Source: Vermamoeba vermiformis
Lineage: Eukaryota
Reading direction: 5' to 3'
DNA: 51,448 bases
Assembly (NCBI GenBank): GCA_045837725.1
Contig: JBEWZL010000213.1
Span: 186,001-237,448 of the forward strand
Shown here: piece after piece, positions 28,659 through 41,431 of the stretch
Numbering within the stretch: position 1 is the stretch's first letter
Layout: every line of letters starts with the position of its first letter
Program-made: the position numbers and the translations under genes
The notes under the pieces: generated by a model
Databases searched by the model: none
The model's input: only the letters and a program-made list of their open reading frames with translations
Told to the model about the DNA's origin: nothing

Positions 28659-31600
28659 ATGTTGTGTCGTTACTTGGTCTTATGTTTGGCGTTTGGCTTG
28701 ACACTCGTCGCTTGTCAAGTTGCAAGTAAGTCCTCTTTACGAGAACGATAGTCATGACTAATATATTTTAATAGGTCATACAACGGTAGATTGGGCGTTT
28801 ATAGGAGGCACCTCCGAGTCGGACCAGATCGTGCAGTGGCCTTCTGTTCGAGGCACTTCTTCGCCGTCCAAGTTCGCAGGATCACGAGAGGGCGGAATTT
28901 TCTTCAATGACGACCAAAATAATATCTGGCTCGGCTTGGGCATTTCTTGGATGTTCTTGCCTGAAATTAGCAGTAACACGTGGATGCCGGTCAACGACAT
29001 CTGGTCCTACAACCTCGCTACTTCGAGGTGGTTTTGGAAAACGGGCATATCATTCGCTGCATCTGATGCGGGCACTTATCCTGCGCAGTTAAACCAGAAC
29101 GATCCAAACCGTAGTTTCCTCACTCCAGAGGCCAAAATCAAAGCTACGCAGTGGCACGACCGTCAACGCAATCTCTTGTTTATATTCGGAGGTTGGTCCG
29201 TCACGGCTCTCAACGGTGGAGTTTACCTTCCTTCGCGTGGTAAGTTTCGCTCACTTCTAAACTCGCTATTCGGTGAACTGACCATCCACAGTTGAGGGCA
29301 ACAGCATGTGGTGCTATGACTACAAAAACAACGTGTCGACTCTGCTGGGCCCCGCACAAGATAGAACATCGTACCAAGGCTCATCAACATGGCCTGCTGG
29401 TCGTTATGGTGGTGCTGGATGGCTCGACAACAACGGCACAATGTGGCTGTATGGCGGCATTGGCTATGGAAACAACAGTACGTCGAAAGATGCTTGTTTT
29501 GATATCGAGCCTAACGTATTATTCAGATACGCTCGAGGACATGTGGGTGTTCAACGAAAGTTCGACGACGTGGGTGCCTGTTGCCTATTCAGGAAGCAGT
29601 CATCCGATAGTCGCAAATGCAGCAACTTGGTACGACCCATCGGCACACATGATGTACCTGTTTGGCGGTGAAGATCATCTGCGTAAGAACTGCATGGTAC
29701 CTTATTTTATTAGTGTTAACTTGCGCAATAGATAACTACAATCGGGACTTGTGGACTTTCAATCCCGTGACGTTGGTTTGGACTAAAATCAGTGGTGAAG
29801 CTACGTCTCAAATCGCTTCTTACGGCACTCGCGGTGAGTTTTCAACCACTACTCATCCTGGCATTCGTGCCAGTGCCGGGTACGTCTTTGAGCCCGCGGG
29901 CTACCTGTGGCTATTTGGCGGCAAAGGAATGGCCTCGCAAGAAATCATTGGTAGGACACTCTTCACTTGTGTTACTGCGATCGATCTGACCTTTTGCAGG
30001 AACATTAAATGACCTCTGGGTGTACAGCATTGCGCTAAATCAATGGGCCTGGATGGGTGGTTCGCAAGACATCAATCAACTGCCCGATTATCCTGACCTA
30101 ATGACGTACGGTGTCGACAACACACTTGCAGGTCGTGAAGGTCTGGCAATGTACATTTCAGGCCGTAACTTGTACATCTACGGAGGACGAATCAGCGACA
30201 CTCATCACAAGGCGGACTTGTGGAACGGCAGAATTTATCGCGACGAGTGTGCGTTGAACGTGACTGATTGCGGCCCGTTAGCTACGTGTACTGATCTCGA
30301 CGATGGATACGCATGTGTTTGTCCACCTGGCTACACCGGCAACGGACATGGCGTCAATGGCTGTTTGGAGCTCGACGAGTGTGCTACAGGGCTGCACAAT
30401 TGCAGCATTCACGCGCAGTGCATTAACACTGTGGGAGGATTTGACTGTCAGTGCAACAGCGGCTATGAGGGCACAGGTTATGGAGCCGATGGCTGTAAAG
30501 GTAGGCACAAAAAGCGATATTCTAAGCTTGTGAGGTATTAACGGTTCACTCTTCTTAAAGATATCGATGAGTGCGCACTTGGATTTAACTGCACTGAGCC
30601 TGCATTTTGCGTCAACACTGACGGTGGATTCCGCTGTGATTGTCCGCAGAATCAAACACCTGATGGCGCCAATGGTTGCACAAGTAAGTTCCACATCGCA
30701 TTGTAATAACAGTGAGCTAAGTTTGTTCGTTATCAGCTGCACCAGGCGTCGTTGTTGCACCCGATGGCACAATGACAACCCCTGACGGCAAAATCATCAC
30801 ACCTGATGGCCGAGTAGTGGACACTGTCGGCATCGCAGTCGGTGTTAGTATTGGCTGTGCTGCGGCTATTGCTGGTGCCGTCGTGCTCGTATTGTTTCTA
30901 CGACGTAAAAAGAAGCGCGGCGTTACCATCACAACGGCAATGAAATCGTTGAGCAATTTTGACGACAGATTCAATATACCTTACAGCGAGCTCGAGTTCT
31001 CACGAGAATTGGGCGCGGGAAGTTTCGGCAAAGTATTTTTAGGCAGTTGGAGAAAGGCTGAAGTGGCACTAAAATTGGCAACGCTCGCTACTTGGGAAGA
31101 CTTTGCAAACGAAGTAAAGCTTACGATGTAAGTATATTCGTGTTGTATATTATGCCCTTGTCGCCTAACATTATTATAGAAACTTGCCTCCCCATCCAAA
31201 CGTAGTACAAGTTTTCGGCATAAGTCGCGATGGCCCACATCCGGTTCTAATTTTAGAATACTGCGATGGCGGCAGCTTAGATACTTTGCTCTATGATACG
31301 TCATATTCGTTGTCTTTGGCTCAACAACTAGATATTATTCATGGTGTTGCCAAAGGAATGCTGCATCTGCACAAATCGAATATTATCCATCGTGACTTAG
31401 CCGCAAGAAATGTTTTGGTATGTCGCAGAATCCTATTATATTCTTTGGCGCTAATTATTGTCTATTATTTTAGTTGTCTGGAGGTCGACCAAAGATTTCT
31501 GATTTTGGACTTGCCCGATCTGTCGATAAACAGAGTCAGTCTGGTAAAACGAAATCAGACGTGGGTCCTTTGCGTTGGATGGTAAGTTAATGCCTAAGGT

Positions 31601-32010
31601 AATGGAATGAATCAGTATCGCTAACAAGCACACAGGCCCCTGAGTCGTTGAGAGACCAAACTTACAACCCTCTCTCGGATGTGTGGTCGTTTGGCGTTGT
31701 TGTATTTGAAATTTTATGTCGAGAGGAACCGCATGTTCGAGAAGACCAGATGATCGTGGGAATTCGTATTAGAGACGAAGGATTGACTCCGACCATTCCG
31801 AGCAGTTGCGATCCGTTCATGCGTGACCTTATGCGTGCTTGCTGGAAGCTGGATCCCGCATTGCGACCTGTACGTAACACATAATTCCAAATTTTGAAGT
31901 TGGAAATGCGTTCTAACGTTTTCTTTTAGAAATTTGAAGAGATCTGTTCGCGCATCGAAGAAAGAATCGAAATAGAGCAGCAGGGTGGAGTTAGTTCTCA
32001 ACCGTTGTAA
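28659..32010 (+). CDS. Receptor kinase: signal peptide, Kelch-like propeller, three EGF-like repeats, TM, tyrosine-kinase-type domain
   Basis: MLCRYLVLCLAFGLTLVAC; repeated WLYGG/YLFGG..DLW; DECALN, DECATG, DECALG; TM IAVGVSIGCAAAIAGAVVLVLFL-RRKKKR; GAGSFG, HRDLAARN, DFG, VGPLRWMAPE; stop 32008-32010. Confidence 0.92.
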
Positions 32011-32142
32011 TAGTTAAAAATCGCGCAATAGTAATTAATCTCAGCTCCGTGATTTTGCCTTATTTGGAACCGGTTCGTGAATGCAGGACCCATCATTTTC
32101 GGCAGTTAAGCCATTGTGATTTTTAGCAAACAACGCAACACA

Positions 32143-34122
32143 ATGGAATGCCAACCTATATATTTTAATTGGCAAACAGAAGCTTGCTCGGCCTGGCTCC
32201 AAGGCTTGGAGTTCTTTTATGTATTGGCTTTCATTTGGATGATCATTGCTACGCTGTCTGTCGTTGGTCATATGAGCACGAGGCTTGGACGCAAAGGGTT
32301 TAAAATAGACTTCAGCTTGCAGCTTTGTATTATATTAATCTTGGCTGGATGTTTCATGATCGCTTTTGTAGCATTGCAGTATTTCAGCCACGGCTCTTTA
32401 TCAATATTACCCCGATGGTTTGCGGTATTATTGTTCACTTTGCCATTAACTTTGGTCCAAATAGTTTATTTCTTGATATTTTTGTTGTTGTAAGTATTAC
32501 GGAGGACTCCGAATAATATGCCCATCCTTACATATATAATTCTAGCAATAATTATAGTATAATTAAATATATTTCTTTTGATTTGTTTTTACCGCCCTGG
32601 ATCAGATCAGCAGAAAAAGTTGCGTTTCTAAATTTGGAAAAAAACCGGATGTAATGCAGATATTTACAATTTTATCTTAGGGAATTCTTATCAAAGTCAT
32701 CACTAAGCAAGTTAATATCAAGAAAAGCACTTGCCGCCAAAATTGCCGGCACTCAAGCCGCGGTAGTTTGTGCACTATTATTGATTAACGTAGCGATGTG
32801 TGTCGTGGCGGAGGTATTTGAATCCACGCACACATTCATCCTATTATTCACCGCTGGATTCATATTTAACTCCGTGGCACTGATGATAGCTTTTGGCACC
32901 GGATTAAAAGAAGACGACATCAAAAGCAAACGAGTACTGCAATTAAAGACCGTCGTGTTAGCTCTGCACTCTGTTTGGATATTAGTATTGGCAGCGCATA
33001 CGGTTCTCTATGAGCTGAACTTGCTTACTCGCCCCGATCTTCCGTGGGTTTGGATCGGCCTTGTTGGATGTGATTTAATCTACTTCTTTATCTCGATGGG
33101 ATTCCTCGGCTATGCCTGCTATGACCACGGCTACACGACGTCAGCGCTCAAAGCACTCAAGCCTCAAGTGACGGTCGCTATCGGCCATCAATCCGTGCGC
33201 AAGTTCACCCAAGCCACGGCCGAGCCATATATGGATGGAATCAGCTGCGAGCCTGTGTACGACGAAGAAGAAATTAAATTGGCGCTCGCTAATGGCTTGA
33301 TGATTTGGCAGAAGGTCCCAGAGTCTTTTGTACGTAATTTTTGTGTTCTGGATTATTATTCCCCTACTAACTCCGATGTCAGAGCAAAGCCTTCACGTTC
33401 CCGCATCCAATCAATGAAGTCGACAGCATAATCCACTCGTCATTGACATGCGGTCATATATTTATTATCTACGTTGCAACTTACTGGGCGAATTGGCCGT
33501 GGTGGTGGATCGTGCTGTTCACGGGCATGGCCTTGAGATTTGCTATGGGACCTCTCCTCGATCCTCAGGCTTGGTACGTATCAATGAATTCGTTATTATG
33601 CAATAATAAGCCTAATCGCGTCTGATTATAGGTTGGTGGTATCGATTTCTTCTCGTTTCAAGCCCAGGTACGTCGCTGGACCTCCAAAACGACTTGCGCA
33701 AGGAATAGGATTTGCATTTTCATTCACTTCATGTAAGTATCATTCATATGCCATCGAGTGCACATGTTCTAATTGCGACGTTAGTCATCTTGTACATGAC
33801 TGGATACATTGAGGCGTCTTACTGGGTCTTGGCAGTATTGTTCATTTTCGCGTTCTTGCAATCAGCTTTTAGCATGTGCGCGGCGTGCTTCATGTTCTAC
33901 ATATTGATGTTGGTGAAAATATTGCCTGAAGAGACGTGCAATCAATGCAAGATGAGGTTCGAGGTCGGTGATGACGCGCCGAGATCATTGAGCAGTTTGA
34001 CACGATCAGGCACTTCAAGTAACCTCGAAATGCGCTCATTTTCAGCGAACGGCAAGAGCAGTAACAAGTCTCAAAGTTCGCAGAAGCACAGTTCAACTGG
34101 TACCGCGTCATCCAAAGATTAA
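32143..34122 (+). CDS. Polytopic membrane protein with C-terminal DUF4395-like domain
   Basis: About seven N-terminal hydrophobic helices; after intron ~33330-33382 FTFPHPINE, LRFAMGP, PRYVAGPPKRLAQGIGF, LQSAFSMCAACFMF resemble DUF4395 motifs. Confidence 0.75.
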
Positions 34123-34227
34123 TAGAATATTGTATAGATTGTATATATTTTGATTTTGTATTAATAAAATAAAGCGAAAGATAACCAATTTGGTTGCATG
34201 TTATTCTTTAGAATAACGTTGCAATAT

Positions 34228-35479
34228 TTATTTTTTAGCCTTTGATTTCTTAATCGGATTGAGCTCAATGGGCTCGCCGTTCAATATTCGATGCAGCAGC
34301 ACACTCCACAGGGCCGGCAATGGCAGTTCAGTGAGTGATTTAGGCAGTGACGCGAGATAATTGCATCGTTTTAACAATCGCTTGTCGAGACCTTTTTTGT
34401 CATTGCTGTAACATATCACCTGATTTCCTAATTAGGAGCTGATAAATTCCAAAGCGCAAATTGTTACTCACATAACGAGGCTTTTGTTTCTTTGTCTTCG
34501 CCAGGGTACTTGAGTCGGCTTGTTGTTCTTCTTTCGGACGGTTCTCTTGCATTTTACGAATTTCGCTTTGAGTCTTGTCCGAAATGCAAATAGCTTTGTA
34601 TTTGTGCTCGGAGAATAAGGTCAGGGCCTGAGTAAAGCGATATTAGCCTCATAACTGGGTTTTACGTATAGAGCGTTTACCTCTTGTATTGTGGCTTGCA
34701 CTACGGGCACTCGTAAAAATGACCCGTTCGAGGCCTTTAATCCTTGCCTGGATCATTTGTAAGTTTACGATTACGCTGCTAAAACGAAATTACCTGGTGT
34801 ATAATAACTCGATCGGTGACAACTGTCGTTCTTTTTCAACAACATTTTCATCGTTTTCATCGCTCTTATTGTCGTTAGATTGTTCTAAACTTGTGGTCGG
34901 TGATTCTTGTTTGTCACTTTTAATGAGTACTACGCCTGACACTCCGTACACTTCAGAAACATTCAACAACGTGCCTTCAAAATAACATTAATAATGATCA
35001 TAGCCACGATAAAGAGGGTGTAATGTATACCGATTAAAGCAGGATTTGACAGGCTTTCGAGTAATACTAGCGGTCGTGTTTTGTTGGTTTTGGCCAGATC
35101 CTTGACGGAGCGATACCGTTGTTCGTGCGTATAAGCCACGGCTATGTAATTAGGTAAATTGCCCGACGGGAAGATGCGTTTGAACAGGTCATCGGGGAAA
35201 AAATAAATAGGGACTTCGGGCTTGATGAATTTCAATGCCTCATCGACAAATTCTTGGCTCTGGCTGAATGATTGTGACATGACGATGCTGTGCAGAGGAT
35301 AGGCGCTGTAAATAGCTTCGTCGACAAGCACAGGATCTTCTATTAAGAATCTCTTCTCGAAAATACCACTGTAAAAAGATCCAGATGAGATCGAGACAAG
35401 CACGAATAAGGAAAATTTACCCTTTGGTTTGTTTAACTAATTTAAACATTTCGTCTTTTGATGAGGAGATTTGCATCAT
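34228..35479 (-). CDS. SpoU/TrmH-family RNA 2'-O-methyltransferase-like protein with degenerate catalytic motifs
   Basis: RFLIEDPVLVDEA, PLVLLESLSNPALIGTLLNVSEVYGVSGVVL, GLKASNGSFLRVPV, CYSNDKKGLDKRLLKRCNYLASLP are colinear with the SpoU pattern. Confidence 0.75.
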
Positions 35480-35800
35480 TCCGCTTTTTGGCTTGATCTA
35501 AATAAAAAATAAAAAATAAATATTTTATTGTTTGTAATAGTGTTGAGTTCCTCCCTACCTCATTAACTTGTTCAATTTTTTTCTTTGTTTTTATATTTGC
35601 ATAACATCGGCTGGCTATTTGACACAATTCGGCTGATCTGGTAATTGCTCGTCCAGATCTGCTTCTTAAAGCGGAACATGATCTCAAGCAAATATTGAAA
35701 CTATGGCTTAGCATTATTATAACCTTTAAAGCCAAAATTAATCGTCTTGTGTTAGCCTGAGCAACAACAATATTTTTAGTATTGGATCTCAGCCACAAAG

Positions 35801-37506
35801 ATGAACACAACAGCAAAATCAACGCAACCTCCAAATTTGGGGATTATAAGAGTATTTTTATTATTGGATGTATTTGCAACGTTCATTTCCCTGTCCTACT
35901 TCGTCGAGTTCGTTCAATCCAAAGGTGCATCTCAAAACTCCACCAATAATTGATTTAAAATTACTAATAAATAAGCAGTATTATATTAACAATTATCTAT
36001 AGGTGGAAGTGCTGACACGGCGAATCTGCTGATATCTTTTAGGTACATTGATTAATTCCACGATTGTTTATTGATTCTTTGCATAGATCATTCTGCACTA
36101 TGTTTTCAAATCCTATATTGGGTGGATTAAGCGATTCTTGGGGCCGAAAACCTGTAAGGAACAGATCTCTGAATTTGCAATTCGGACTATTTACGATTTC
36201 GCAAACAAATTAATTTCCTAGTAATCTAATAATATTGAAATAATACGATCTTAATTTTTGATCGCTAATTCAAGTCCGTTAAAGAAATTTACAATTTTTT
36301 GTTTTAGATCCTCTTGATTATCGCTGCCGGAATTTGCTTGAGCAACATTTTAGAGGCCTCATTTAGCTCTCTTATTGCTCTTGTTATCGCACGTGCGGTT
36401 AATGGCCTAACTAGAGCTGCACCAACAGTTACTAACAGGTAAACACCTCGCCACAAGATCTCGATCGTAAAAACTAAATTCCCGAATTTTACTAACGAAT
36501 TAATTCCTAGTATGATCACTGATTTAGTAAGCTCGAGTCAAGAACGTTCTGCTGCGATGAGCATGAACGGCGCATTTTTTGGTACGTTGTAAACAATTTT
36601 TCTTTTTTGTTGGGTGCTTACTTCCTAATTAGGCATTGGCATTCTTGGCGCAGTAGTGGCCGGCGGATATTTATACAAGATTAGTTTCTTTGTCCCTGCC
36701 ATATTCGGAGCAACAATGGCCGCACTGAACATTTACGTGGTGTTATTTATGGTGCCCGAGTCGAAGGTGCCGAGCGAGAACAAGTCCAAAACTAAAGCGA
36801 GTCCATTTGCAGTGGTCAATGTGCTGATGAAACAAAAGGACCTCGTGCCTTTGTTGACCTTCCACGGCCTGTTTCAAATCTTCAGCGTCGGGTATGTGCA
36901 ATTAGATCTGCTATTCATCGCGCAAACTAATCGTTCCTTGTATTAATTAGTATTGGTTTGTACACGTTAGAATTGGCTCGCATTGCGCACGGAGCAGATC
37001 CGTCAGCACGTGCCTTATTGATGTTGACCATGGGCATCACAGCTATTATTATCATGGTAATTAACATTCGGTACGACACAATAGCCAACTAACTGTGATC
37101 TCAAAAGGTTAACTTGCCCAAGATCTCCAAGTTGTGCGGCAGTGAAGCTATGACTGCAGTTGTTGGCTGCACGTTAGTTATTGCCTCGTCGTTGAGTGTT
37201 CCATTCGTGCAAGGCCCCTTATTGATCCTCGCCATTGCCATGAATCAAGCAGGCAGCACGATGGTGCCCACGATCACCATGGGTCTCATCTCCAAGCGCA
37301 CTCCGCAAGAGTTACAAGGCTCAGTGATGGGTGCCAACGAGAGTTTGGTCTGTCTCGGCAACGTCATTGCACCGCTCTTAGCGTCAGGCTTGTTCCCCTT
37401 GGGCAATGCCGTGCCATTCGTGATGGTCGCCGTGATCTTTGCTTTCATGTTGACATTCCCCAGCAAGTTCCCAAAGAGTGAAATTAGCGACAAGAAAGAC
37501 AAGTAA
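35801..37506 (+). CDS. Major facilitator superfamily transporter (TetA/DHA1-like)
   Basis: Motif A LGGLSDSWGRKP; ARAVNGL; FMVPES; ISKRTPQELQGSVMG; multiple TM helices. Confidence 0.9.
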
Positions 37507-37577
37507 GACTTAGTATGAATAAGACCTATTTGTATAATACTATTGTTTATGTAATTATTAAACAATTATATACATAA

Positions 37578-40500
37578 TTACACCATAATACCGTTGTACG
37601 GATCGTTATCGTGCTTCGGTTTCTCCTTGTCAAGCGAGAGTTTTTCTTCGTCTTTCATTACAATGGCCAAAAAGATGTCTTCGAGATTGGACTCGCTGAA
37701 GCCCCAGTTCTTAATATGAAGAGTTTTGCGTTGCGCTTCGATGACCTTGACGAGTGCTGACAAATTGACTTCTTTGGACACTTTGAAGGTAATTGTCGTT
37801 TGATTCTTTTCGATCAGTCCAGGATTGGCGTTGACATTCACCAACAATCTGTTCAGAATAAGTCATTATTGTAATGATTTTTACTTGTCGTACCGTTGCA
37901 CATCTTGATGTTTGTCTTCATCGGCAATGAACTCGATCTTGTAGAATGTGCCGTACTTGCGCTTCAGTTGGTGTTGAGTGCCGATTGTCTTCAATCTGCC
38001 CAAACTGTAATATACAAGTTAGAAAAGTCTACTAGGTACCTATTATAGTACCTCTGAATGGCAATTCTAGTGCACAATGCCTCCGCTTCTTCCATCGAAT
38101 GCGTAGTCAGCAACAAGCAGCGATTTTCCTGGTGCCTCGTTAGAACGAAAAATACACTCGCACCTGTACGTACTCTAATCTTTTCGATGACTTGCCACAG
38201 ACCACGTCTGTTACCAGGGTCAAGGCCACTCGAAGGTTCGTCTAAGAAGATCACGTCCGGTTCGCCCATCAATGAAATGGCGATCGACAAGCGACGCTTT
38301 TGACCACCGCTCAAATCGCCAGCGAGACGTCGTCTGTTCAGTGTGTCAGTTAAAGTCCGGTAAATGTGATTGTTTGCACGGCTATTACCTTTCACCTTCC
38401 AGACCGACTTCGACAACGATGTTGTGCACGTGCTCCTTTTCGATCTTTCTAGCAATACCCTTCATGCGCGAATAAAAGAGCAAATGTTCTTCGACCTGTC
38501 GAGTATGTGATTAGCGAAGGAAAATAGATCATGATTGTACCACTTACGGTGAGATCTTCCCATAAGATATCTTTCTGCAAGCAGACACCAATTCGCGATT
38601 GAATTTTACCGAGATCTCTCGTCAGTTTATAACCGCCAATGTAGGCTTCGCCGGATGTCACAGTAAGCAAGCCAGACAACATATTTACCAAGGCTGCGAG
38701 TTCGTTAGAACCGAGCATTAAATTAATCTTGCCGCTACTCACTTGTTTTACCAGCGCCGTTAGATCCCAACAATCCGAAGCAGTCATTGCGACGCACGTG
38801 GAAACTTACGTTGTTGACGGCAATAATAGGCTTGTCGCTGAATAATAGAGATTAGTTTGGTTGCAAAATATATAAAGAAGACTAAAGTTGCTACTCGGCC
38901 CAGTGAAAATTCAATTCACGACATACCCAGTGGCACCAGGGAATTTCTTGGTGATTTGTTTGACTACAAGAGGACTGTCACGCGGGATGTTGTTGTGCAA
39001 CACATTTTCAGCTTCACGTTCTACGTCGCCTTCACGCGATGAACCGTCCTGCATGAGCTACGTCAGATTGAGACGACACATCGCTCGGCAATGAAACGAA
39101 TTACTAACCTCCACCTCGTCTTCTTCAATAAGTAATGGTTTGTCTTCGTCTGCGTGCTCGCTAACGTCGAATTTCTTGTTTTTGCGGAACCACAAGAATG
39201 GGAAGTAGAATGGGCGTTGAGAACCGAGTTCTTTTGGCATTACTTGATCCAAGTAGCTAAGCGAAATACATTTAGTATGCACGAGAAGGAAGTGCTTGGT
39301 GCCTTACATTGCAAGCAACATCAGCACAGTGGAAGTAGCAACGATGTAGCCAATCAAAATCCACGAATTAGTGTAGGCAGCTGCGGCGCCACTAACCATG
39401 GCTGGATTCGAAATGACGTGCGCATTGATCATCACAGCTACAGGGCAATTAGTAACGGTATCGCGGCACATTTCAGCTTTACGTACTTCGATAGAAAGCA
39501 AAGCCAGGCCACAGATTGTACCATACCGGGGGCAGTGCGTTGGTGGCAAACACTGCGTAGTTGAAAGCAGCAGCAACACCTATTTGAATGAAAGCCAAGC
39601 CGTAGCAGAACACGAGCGCAAGGGGCCAGTTGCTGAAGATCATGCCGAGGAAGTAGGCCAGGGAAATTTGTGCGTGACCCCAGAGGAGAATCACGAGCAA
39701 GAGAATAGGGCTGAGGACGTTAAAAAGTTAGAACAGCGCGTGGTATAACAAGGACACGTACCTGAAGTTGGTGAATAGCACCATTCTGAACGCGATACCA
39801 GCGACGATTAGAATGGCAACGACGAACAAGTAGACTATGTAGTCGTGGATGTAGTTGGCAGTCCAGTAGGTCGTAGCTTTCAATCCCATCTATTGATGAT
39901 GTTAGAGCTGAATCCAAGCGGTATCGCTAGTGGCTCGACTTACCAATCGGTTGATTTCCATGATGCCCGAATTACGTTCAGCAACCATTTTGAACATAAA
40001 GAGCGGCGTTAACAAGAAGAGCACGCAACTCAATAAGTTAGCTTGAATTGACGCGTTGATGACATCAACCATACCAATGTTGCCGAAGTTGATCGTCATC
40101 GCCTGTCGATTATTGAGTTACGAGCCAATCAAGTGCGTCGATACTTACACCAAATGCAGTGGTGATGCCGTTGAGTGTCTCCCACGAGAAAGTCTTGTTC
40201 AGCATGTGAGCGAAGCCAGCGTTGTGCAACAAGTAAGGCATCGCCGGTGGCAGCTTTTCACCTCTGAACTAAGCAACATTTAAGTTAGCGAAGCAGTTTG
40301 AATTGTTGCGTAGCTTACGGGCAGCCGGTAATAAGCATAATCGTCGAAGAGCGGGAAGAACTCATATTCGATCTTTCGTTGTTTGCCTTCGAGCGAGACT
40401 GTATGCACGTTGTATACTATTCACATATTTAATGTTAGAGGTAGATCAGGTTTGGAATAGTCGAGCACGTACCACCAGATTGGATCAAGGATTCAACCGC

Positions 40501-41348
40501 GCACCAATCTACTTCGTAATTGTATCTGTTGCGGTTTTTGCAATCATAGAATGTCGTATAGCCGTCGTACATCTTTTTCATGGCCTCGTCATAGGAGGAG
40601 ACAGGTGTGAAGTTTGGCGTGTACAATTGACTCGCATTGAGTGGTTGCGAAAGATTGAAATCAAACGAAAAAGGTACTTGAGCGATGTGATCGATCAATC
40701 CTGAATATTAAAGTTAAAGAACACGCCGATATTATGATTTTTGCCTTGTTACCTGGAGATGTGTTTTGGATCGAGAAAATCGTGTTGTCACTATCGTTTC
40801 GCAGTTGTCCAAATTGCTTCGCGGCATCATCGAGGGAGTAATAAAAAGAATACCAAGAAATTGCCGATGACGAGTACGGGTTATATTGGCTGAGGATACT
40901 CAATGGCGAGAAGTACACACCAACATTGGCATTCGCTGCTTTGAATCAATAACAAGTCACGTAAATATGCCCGTATACTTACACTTTGATTCTCCACCCA
41001 TTTGGCTTTGTAAAATGACTGAAAGTAGACCGCAGGTCAAAATAAGCAATACCAAAATCACGATCTGAACCGCCATTGATTTTTTCTGGCGCCAGGCTAG
41101 CGTGATATTTTTAAGCATCTAAATATTTAGCAATTTTAATTTTGATAGCAATAAAAAGTTACGTACCACAGCACGAAGCTGCGATCCAAAAGACGGCTTT
41201 GCTCGTTGCATGCTTCTGTAGTGCTATTAAACGAAAAATATATTAAATGTCATGATACTGCAAGCCCAGCTGACTTTTCTGAATTGAGTTATTCAGTAAA
41301 ACGGGAAAAAACGAAAATCACATACGTAGATATTTTTCGCGTTTCCAT
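37578..41348 (-). CDS. ABC transporter subfamily A, half-size (TMD-NBD)
   Basis: [33 protein letters not shown]; Walker [43 protein letters not shown]; start 41348 (short exon) or 41211. Confidence 0.92.
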
Positions 41349-41431
41349 CGATCTTGCAAACACGAAAACTATGTTATCGCACAGCAAGTTAATACGATAT
41401 TTTTAATTATTTAGTTGTTCGCGAAGGCAGC

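Noticed and set aside
29478-29527. Apparent non-canonical donor (AAAG|ATGC) in the first receptor kinase
   Set aside because: A canonical GTACGT donor a few codons upstream keeps the frame
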